From: Camelus ferus
Taxonomy: Eukaryota
Assembly (NCBI RefSeq): GCF_009834535.1
Contig: NC_045696.1
Location: 64,854,001 to 64,918,000 of the forward strand
Direction of reading: 5' to 3'
DNA length: 64,000 nt
A program made the position numbers and the translations under genes. The notes under the pieces were generated by a model. The model saw nothing but the letters and a program-made list of their open reading frames with translations, was not told the origin of the DNA and did not search any database. Positions 53,967-64,000 of this stretch are shown here, piece after piece (the first letter of the stretch is position 1; each line of letters starts with the position of its first letter).

Positions 53967-56900
53967 CTTATTATTTAATAGTTTTAGAATATGATGAAGA
54001 TCCTGAATACCCATCTGTGTAGGGCTGTCTCCTTTATTCTTGAACTCTTTGGGGAACATTTTAGGACACTCTTCCTCCTCCGTTGATCTGCAGCTACCAC
54101 CTTGCAAGGGTAATCCTATAAGCAAATATGTTTTAGGCAGAGAAAAAGATTAAGGAAAGTAGGAAACCTTGATAGTTTTTCTAGTCCTTGAAAATCGAAG
54201 CAAAACATTTGATGTCTAACAAACTTTCAAAGACACATGACCTGGTTCAGTCCTGAATATGTCCTGAATGTGGCTTTTCTGTGTGTCAGACGTAGGTGGA
54301 TTTCATACATGAGTTTGCGCCAGGTTCAGTGGTCTTTGCATAATCAAGTGACTGACAAGACAGACTTTGTAAAGTCCTCCTTATTGTCCACCTCTTGTCA
54401 GTCGTTTGAATGAGTTTGCGGTTTTTATATACCTCCAGGCTCCCTGCTTCTAATCATACTTCTGTTAATGCCTCTTTACTGGAGTTTAAGTGTGTACAGC
54501 CTTTGCTTAATGACTTTTCAGGGGTCATTTGAGAGGACCCTAAAGCCTAAGACCAAACTTAGTTTCCTAGTGAAGAATGACATAGGGCAAATAGAATCTG
54601 TAGTCGGATCACAAAATGTTAGAGCTTAGAGATTATATATTATCTCAGCCTAGCTGCAGAATGAAGTCACCTGGGAGTTTTTATAATGTGTTAATGCCAC
54701 AGAACTGGAAAATCCGATTTAGTTTATCTGCTCTGGGGGGCAGACGTCAGTCATCGGTTTTGTTTGTTTGTTTTTGACCTCCTAAGAGATTCTGATGTGC
54801 TGCCAAGGTTGAGAGCCACCAACCTGTTCGGGTCCCATCATTTTATACCTTGTGGCCCTGAAGCAAAACATCATTTTATTCATGAATGCCTTTAGAATAC
54901 ATTGATGATGCCTAGAAAACTGTGCCCACTAATTTTAATTATAATGATGATCCCTTCCTTTTGCTTATTGTTGAATCTTTCTGGGGTTTAATGGCATCCA
55001 AAACCCGAGTCGCATTATATGATATGTGTGTGTGCCCCGTCTTCCTGACCAGCACATGAGTTCTTCAGGGCAGGACCTGTGCTCTGTTCATCACTAGATT
55101 CTCAGCACTAGTGTCTTGCCAGTGGCTCTTCCATCACTGTTAAATAAATGAGTAAGTGATACACTGAATCCTTGATCCTTACCTTTACAGCAAGTCTCAG
55201 AGAGGAGAGATTCTGAAGTTAGTATCTCCAGTTCTCACATAAGGATGCTGAGGGCTAGTAAACCTGGGGCTTCCCCAAGTTTACAAGACTAGTTAGAAGT
55301 AGATTCTGGGTTTGAACTCAGGCTTGTTTTTCCTTGCCTGCTTTTCTTTCCACTCTGCGAGCACTGGAAATGAGCCTCAGTGTCTTTTCTTGAAAAGCAA
55401 CAGAGCTGTATTAAAGCATATCAAAGGGCCTTTTTGGCTTGAAAAGTCACCGAATAGTTCCCCTTCTTCCCAGGAGGAACACTGACGACTGCAGACACGA
55501 AATACTCGTCTGTGCCCTGCTTCCTACTTACACAGGAAAGAAAAAAAATTTTTCCTAGTTGCCATTTAATATGTTCCTGACTATACCCCATGGCTTAGTC
55601 ACCTGAAATGGGCTCTTAAACATCATTTGGCCTAACATAGCAGTGTTTATTTATTAGGAATGAAGTCCAGTGTGCTGCACTGTTTCAGACATTTTTTAAA
55701 CCTAAGATAAAAAAGGGGGGATTAAAACGAAGTATGAATGAGATTCAGGAGAGGAGAATCTGTGAGTTTGTATAAATCATTATAAAAAGAAAAAAAATTA
55801 ATAAAAATTTTCAGAAGTGTATTTTTTTGCTGTTACTGGTGACTTGAATGTTTTATTTCAATGTTGAGAATTCAGAAGATGACCCAGATCACCTTCACAG
55901 TGCCCTAGAATCAGATTAATACTCCTCAAATAATTAAGAACCAGGACAACATTTAAATAAGTACCCAAAGTAGGAATCCATGTTAAAATTGCCTGGGTAG
56001 AATGAGTATCAGATTCTGTTTTTAGATAAATAGCTCTAACTGAGCTGTCCACATATTATCCACACCATATGCAATATTATGTTGGGGAGGTTTTAAGATA
56101 GGAGAGCCACCCAAAGTCACTTAACGAGGCTAGGACAGAAAAGGTTGGTCATTGTCTGTAATTAATTCAAAAATGTTGAAAGATAAAGAGACTCTCCAAT
56201 TCCAAGGCAACCTAAGTTTCTCACGATGAAGAGATTTAAAGCTGTGTTACTGTCTTGCTGTATTTCTTCAAGGAAGACTGCAAAGGGTTTTTGCAACCAG
56301 AGTGTAGCCACGAGGTGAAGCATAATTGGCAAATGAGGTGATGGCCCGAAAGCTCAGAGTTCTAGAAAGGATGTCACGTTGATAGAAACCCAGGCTTCCT
56401 CTGCAGTCCTTCTCTTGTGGGACACCACTCTGAGACATTGGAAATTCACTTTCTCTTCAGAACAGTAGAAGGGGTTCCTGTTTGCCTACTTGCTGAACCT
56501 GTCTTCCCCTGAGAAACTCTAGGGCCTGTATCCCTGGCAGCTTTGGCTCAAGAGCGTAGTTGGTAGCACCTTGAAGCTCTGTCCTGAGAGATCTGCCCAC
56601 CTCTTCCTCCACCTCCAGGTCTTGAGAAAATCAGCACTCAGAAGGAAACTTCACTTTGAAATCATGCTTTTCCTAGCGTTCCCACAAAATTCCCTTCTCT
56701 AAAGTTTCCTTGAGCTGCATTTGTGGCCTAGACATGGCTTCTTGAGTTTGCGTTCCATTCATTATGGTTCTGCTAATGGGACCACCATCTTGGTTAGCAA
56801 CCTAAAGATGGAGGATCCTTGGTCCTCCTGCTACTTTCACTTAAAGCACAGTCCTGCCTGTTCCCCTTTTCATGCTAAGCAACCACATTCAGTCTGAGGT

Positions 56901-59900
56901 GTCTGTCTTAGGCAATTACACGTCTGCCCTTGAGGATGAGTAACTGTGACATCAGCCTTGGGAGGTCCACCGAGTGAGGTATATGACTTAAGGTGTTATT
57001 GGGTTTGAATTGGAAAAACATCGGCATGTGTTACAATCACCCACGTGATAGGGGAGGGAAGCGAGCCTCTGAAGGGGTGGGTCATAGAAGTACGAAGGCA
57101 GAGCAAGCACTGAAACTCGGGGTAAGCGCATGCTGTCCTGCTACGGCATAACTGTCTCCTGTCGGACATTGCCCAGTGCTGGCAGCAAGATCCATCCACC
57201 TGTTCTTTGTCTTCAGCCATTTAAATGTGGGTGGTTGCTTTTAAATTTCTATAATCAAGTTATATTGCAAGACACCTATTGAATAGCTGTTTTGTCATGG
57301 GCTTGGGGATGGGATACAGCAGTAATGAGGAAGTACCTGCTCTTTCCCTGCAGGGCGGTCCGTAATTAAGATTCATTAACTCTGGCCAGATCTGTATGAC
57401 TGTGCTGCAAGTTGTAGTTTTGCTGTGTTCTTCTGGACAGTTTCTCCTTTAATGTCTGTATTTCAAGAAAAATAACAGTAATTCCTTAATTTTTAAAAAA
57501 TTAGCTACAATCTGTCTTTAAAAATGCACGTGGGTTCGAGGCTTGGCTGAGAGCATGCTGTTTGATTATGTATATTATCAACATGGATCTGCTGCATAAT
57601 GAAGATTCCTTCTCCACGCGTCCTCCCACGGTGCTCTAGCCAACCCCAGCCTTGTTGGCATACATAGAACGTTTACAGCATCTGTCCGTTGCAGTTCCTT
57701 AGTTTGTAGTTGTTGTTTTCCCCACAAGGGATGCTGTTAACTTCCTCACCTGTCTTCCCCTGACCCAGACACAGCCCTTCATTTTCCCATCCTACTGCAG
57801 CCCTGCCTGTTACTCGAAGCCCAGCCCAACTCCCGTCTCTTCTGCCAGATCTTCTCAGCTCCTTCCAGGTAGAATGAATCACTGCCTGCCCCTGGCTTCA
57901 TGTGGCTTTGTACCTCTGCAGCTCAGTCTATCTTGTCTTGTAATTATTGTGTAAGTACCTGCCTCTGCCTTTGCAGCGTGAGTTCCTATAGGGAAAGGAC
58001 ATTATCACTTCAATGCTCTCTCCATAGTTGCTGGTCAGAAATAACTCATCCAAACGAAATGAATTCTGTTGGTTGACTGATGTGCTCGTGGTATCAGCAC
58101 TAGTCGGACTCCAAGGGAATTTCCGCACAAATGTGAAAATGCTGAGCGAGAAAAGGAATTAGCATTTAGGCTAATATTAATTAATCCTTTCTTTTGATAT
58201 TAAAAGACAAAAATATCATTAATCCATTTTCATTTGGTATTTAGCTGTTAGAGAAGTACTAAGAACTTATGTTTTCCTTTCCTCCCCAACCCAACTCTCA
58301 GTTGCCACGCTTTTTTCACTCAGTATATACTTTTCTCTTTCTTCTTTCTCAGCAGAGTAACTACTTATAAAGGCGGAGTTCCTAAGGAAATGCCAAAAGA
58401 AGGAGGAGCATCTTTATATTAATTTATCTCTGCCCCAGAAATTGAGGGGAAGTGGGTGGCATAGCCAGTTTGGAAAAGGGCCATTACTATTTTGACTGGT
58501 TTTGTTTGGTTTCTTAACGTTGGGTTAGTGAGAAATAACCTTTGCCATTGATCTCAAATTCAGTCAGGCCTGGTCCTGACATTTACAGCTGAGACCAAAA
58601 AAGCCATTTTAGTGTTAAATACCCTTGAGGGAACATATGCACTCCTGTTTCACTTTCCTTGGTGAAGCTCTAAGTGATGGGGGAACACAATATTGATTGG
58701 GTCTAATGAAAAAGCTTCTTCTGTCAACTCTTTATTACCTCATTGACTTTCATCTTTCCTCTTCTCTTACTCTTAAAGCTATTGATAGCAGCATTAAGTA
58801 AGTCTTCTGTGTATGCTACAGTCCTCTGTATTTATTCTCTTTCTTGACTTGAAACCCAGCCTTTTTCTTAAAATAATATGAATAACAGGTCTTTGAGTCC
58901 AGTCTAAGGTAACACAGTATCATAGAAGTAACATTGGACTGGGGGTTGAGTCTTTTTGACCTTGGAGAAGTTTTTGTTTTGTTTTTTTTCTTCTCCTCGG
59001 TGTAGTCTCTTCATTCTCAGAATAAAGGGGTTGTGTCAGATGGTTTCTGAGATCTCTTTCAGCTTTATCGTTCTTGGTGTGTATCTCTGGTGTTAATGCT
59101 TACAGAGGATAGGTGGTTGGATTCCAAGATATCTGTATGTCAGATAGAAGAAAATAGCTTAATGATACCCCGGATGTGAAATTCTAGAAGATTTGACATG
59201 TAAAAAAGAATAGCAAAAAATTCACACACATATTTTTGTTTAACTGCTCTCTTCTATACTCTTTATTTGTACTTAGATCTGCTAGTTTAATTGAACACAA
59301 ACTGACTATCTTTCTAAATTTTCCTTGTATTAGGGGCATTCAAAATAGACCATTACATAAGTTTGGACTTCAACATTAAAGAAATTTAATAAGATGGTAG
59401 AACCAGATTTTGTTCTAATGTCAACTACATTTATTTACTACTGCAGCCTCAAAGGGAAGATAACAGTGAAAAATAGACAAGCAAAGAAACTGTATGGTAC
59501 TGAGTGAAAGTTGAAGACTGATTTCTGAATAAACTCACGTGAAACATCGTATTTCATGACAGTTTTAAAGTAAGCAAAGGAAATGTGCCATTGGAAGTGG
59601 AATGGTTGTGGAGAGAAAAGTCATGCCTTAATTGTCGAGTGTTTAGATTTCCCAGACTTTGAGACACACCTTTTTGATATATTTCTGCCAAGACTTCATC
59701 AATTAAGGAAGAAACCAACATTTACTGAATATCAGACTTGACATACTCTTAGCAGTCATCACGTTTATATTGTGGACAGTTGGCGAAATTTAATTGTGCT
59801 CATTAGTGGAAAAAATACAAGATTTAGAAAGGAAGGGTATAATTAAAATAGTGCCTAAAATGAGATTTGAGCGTTTCTGTGCATTCCATTTGTGTATGTC

Positions 59901-62900
59901 ACCCATCTCATCTGTCCTTACAGGTAGTATTGGTATTTTGACTTTTTTTCTTAGCTCTTTTCCAATTCTTTATCTATGCTTTTCCAATTCTTTACCTTAG
60001 CTCTTTTCCAATTCTTTATCCAATATACATAGGGGAAATTCAGTTTTATCTTTTGAACCATTGCTCATGTTATTTTTACCAAAAATAAAGCTTGGCTTGT
60101 TCCTTGAATTTGAAGTCCAATGCAAGGTCACCTTTAGGATTTATACCACCTGAAAAGGATTTATAACACCTAAAATTGCATGACATATGGTATGTGTTTT
60201 GATGATCCTGATTACCTGCCTCTGGACAAGCTCCAATTCATCAATATCATTAAGAGGGTGTTGCTTGGGATCAAACAGAATCATCCAGGTTTGGTCTGAT
60301 AAACCCAGAGCAAAATACCCTTAGTCTAGATTAGACTTCTTGTGAGGGCTTTAGGAGGTCACTTCAGCCCTCTGCACAATAATATTTGGTTAACTGTTCT
60401 TGCAACCGCTGTTTATAATGTGCTTTGAGAAAAGAACTTTATAATTTCACAGTAGGGATTTTATTATTTTTTCACGTTAACCAAACTCTTAGGATTTTCA
60501 TAAGCGGTTTTTGCCTGCATTCTAAATGAAGTCTCCAGTTGGTCTAGACCTCATCTGAATGGATTCAGGCACTTTCATGGGTAGATCTCACAGCGTGTAA
60601 GCTATATGCTCAAAGGCCTCATTGTGTTTAATTTTAAGAGTTCTAAGCATATCTTGTTCAGTTCCCCTGTTACAGTCTGTGCACTAATGTAATGAAGAGA
60701 TACACATTTATGCAAGCCCCGTTCATCACTTGGACCTATTTCCCGGGTGAAGTTCTCTACTTTCTCCTTCATGCACTTGGGAACCCCTCTAATCTTTGAC
60801 TCATCTGTATTCTCATATGCAATCATATACCTCATTGATTTGATCTCTGCAAAGTTTTGTTTTGTTTTGTTCTAAACATCATTTATTCATCAGGCACTAA
60901 CGAGGACTTTCTGGGGACTCTACAGGATAGTGAGATGAATCAGGTACAGATCCGAGCATCAGGTTAAGTGATCATCTTTGTTCCTATTATCTTTTTTCCA
61001 TCCCTCTCGTCACTGCCAAGATTGAGGGGCTTGTTACCCCCTAAAATGTTTTGAGGTCTCAACCCTCTTTTCTTGAATCCTTACTCAGTCTTTACACAGA
61101 ATGTTTAAAAAACATACTTAATATCATGTTACTTCCCTGTAAAAACCTTTGTAAAGGTTCCCAGTTGCTCACAAAAGCACCTTACGTGGCCTGAACATTA
61201 CTACGATTTCTGAGATCTTGTTCGTCCTTCCCTTTGTCTTCCTCTTAATGCATTTATCCACAGCCCCCACACTCTGAGTGTGGCATTTGCGCCGGGCCAG
61301 GGAAGATGAGAAGGATTCCAGGAGGAGTAAATGTGGGTGACAAGCACACAAACAAAAGAACAGAGACAGGAAACTGTATGACTGCACGTCCCAGCAATTA
61401 CTGATCCTCAGAAACACTTGGCACAAAAGGCTTTCCCCCATCCCTCCATTTTGATATTTCCCAGGCAGTTTGCAATCTGAGCAGTCAACTTGCATGTGTT
61501 CCACGGAAGGAAAACTCCTGAACATTTGAATGTTTTTCATAAACTAAGGGAACCAAGTTAGTGATTATGAGTCAGCCTATGAGAGCTCTTTCTACACCTG
61601 GGTTACCCTAGCACCCTTCTCAGTTTAGATTAAATATCTAAAATTGAAATGAGAACCTTAGTATATGATATTAAGTATAAGAAGTTCTTTTTATTGCCCA
61701 GATATTTTGGATGATGATTTTAATCAGACATAACGTTTATTTCATCATTTGTTCCTTGGGGTGAATTTTCTGCCATCATGTAGTTAATTGTAGCTTGTAC
61801 TTGACACCTCTAGTTGTTAACCTGTCATAGAAAGACTGCATTTTGAAAGGTAAGTCTTATACTTACTACACTTTTGTAAGAATAGCTACTTATTAACCTT
61901 TTGTAGCAAGTAAAGATTTACTATTGATTTTAGTTAGAATCAAAATAAAGTAGAATCGATCCAAAGTTGGGGGTTTTTTTTGCTTCTTTTCACGTTGTAA
62001 AATCAATTAAACACTAAGCACTAGGACTGCTCAGTTGTCTTTTTAAAATCTAGGATTAAAAAGGTGGAAGTGCTCAGGCTTAAGGATAGCAGTTCCCAAT
62101 TTTGCCCTCGAGGAAAATGCTCAGTCCGGATGGTCCCAGATCTCAGAGGAAAACTGTGGACTAGATTTTGTTAAATTAAATCTTCTCACATTTGTTAGCC
62201 ATTCAATCCTGTTTCATTATAAGATTACCTTCTTTTATTTTTTTCTGTATTGTCTTTGTTTTATTATTTTTTTACTTCTTTTTCGATAGTTAGATATCAC
62301 AGATATTAATATCAGGAAATAAATGAAAACAAATTGACACTGCTTTCTATTTCCTAAGGTGTAAGTAAAAGTTTTTTACTAATTTTTTTCATCTCTTCCA
62401 TATGTTTAATTTTTTTCTAATTGAATTTTTTAAAAATATTTTTTCCAGACTGGACTACTTACTTACAGTATTTCAGAGTCTGGCAACATATAGAAAGTTG
62501 TTTTCTAAAAGGTAAAAGATCTGAAAAATACGTGTAAATTTATGATGCCTTTAATTAAAGAACAAATGGTATTAATTTTGAACTTTTGTTTTTCTTCTGT
62601 ACCTTATCCCTGTCATATGCCATTTATCGCTGTATTGAAATTATGTGTTTGTAAGTCATGTATCTCTCTTAAGAGACTGAATTCTTTTTAGTGCATGACT
62701 TCTAATTGTAGCCCCATACAATCTAGTGCAATATATGGCATATCAGTATATTTCACTAGACAAAAACCAACCAAACAAACAAAACACCTAATATATGTCA
62801 GTGCCTATAACATCACATATTCTAAGTAAAATGCAGTATAAATCGTGACTCCCTCCAGCATAACAATTCGTTGTTTATGTTTGAGATTCCATGACACTGA

Positions 62901-64000
62901 TTTGGACTGTCTTTGTCTTTGCTTGTTTTCGTAAACACTTAATACTTTATGTACTTTTAATTATGTAAAGTTGTTAAGTGTAGCTGCAATCAGACTTTGA
63001 AGTCATTCCATTTCCATTTTGTTACTTACTTATTAAAAACAAGGATCCTGACTTATTGAAAGAATGAAGTAAGACATAAAATAAAATCCATTTTAAAAAA
63101 TTTATCAAAGATTATTCAAGCAGAACTAGGCTTACTGAATTGGTTTTATTAATAAGTCATTTCCCTTCTCCAAATCTAAAAATAAAGAAAAAAGATATAG
63201 TTGGATGTCTAATCGTCTAATGAAATGGTTGGATATACTTACAGTTTCTTAAAATGCTAAGCTTCTGAGTAACTCTTAACTGGTCTTACACTTGTCACAT
63301 CTCTTCTGTGAAATCACGGAAGGTCCAACTATGAGGTGTCATTTGAGTTCTTCCTCTGAGATAACATCATAAAATATTCACCAGCTTCTCTGTAGGGCTT
63401 TCCCACAGGCAGGCATGCGAGGACACGGTCTGATTCTCTGATATTAATGGGATCTGATACGACCCTTAAATTTGCCAAACAGTCAGCCTGCGTCTAAGAC
63501 AGGAACACAATGGATGCATTCCTACCTTCTTTCTCAAACACCCTGCTAGCATTTGCCCTTTTTTCACATTCATATCATTGTTATTCATGTCATTGGTACA
63601 GAATTCCGTGATGCTGTGTAAGTAGCTACTACAACCATGTACAGTGTTTAGCGATAAGAGAGTGCCGGACAGGTTAGTGTCAACATGATGGAAAACAATA
63701 AAGTAGAGAAAGGTTCTAACCCTTTGCCTGGAACATGCTAAGTGTTCAATAGCTTTTCGTTTCCTTTTTGCCGCTCAACTTTTGACTTTAATTCCAGTGT
63801 TCTTTCAGTTACACAAGATTGTCTCTCCCGGTAGCCTCTTTATTGGGTAGATCAGAAATAGTTTTATTTCTGCACTAACCCAGTTGGTTATTTTCAACTT
63901 GTGTTCTTTACACACTTCTTTGTTCCTGTTCATGAAATGCCGTGGATGTAGAAGGGAAAATAGAAAAAGTAAAAATCACATAAAGCACTCTAACATGATT

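Overview
This is mammalian genomic DNA, not prokaryotic. tRNA-Ala-derived SINEs of the vic-1 type suggest a camelid (camel/alpaca/vicuna); this is an inference. The only supportable coding sequence is the A-isoform first coding exon of FGF12 (FHF1) on the + strand, 45776-45974, ending at a phase-1 GT donor, inside a ~2.5 kb CpG island. From known FGF12 gene structure, the upstream DNA is probably the long first intron of FGF12B and the downstream DNA is intron 1; the shared exon (EPQLKGIVTRL) was not seen. The rest is AT-rich intron with L1, L2, L3/CR1, MIR, MaLR/ERVL LTR and hAT remnants plus microsatellites. Repeat family names are recognised from memory and their boundaries are approximate. 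I found no convincing novel biological system. The best leads are modest: a cluster of CTCF-like motifs at 2.5-7 kb, a duplicated Kozak-ATG motif and candidate uORFs in the island, a hairpin flanked by 11-bp direct repeats at 54.3 kb, and several retro-insertions with readable target-site duplications (TSDs).
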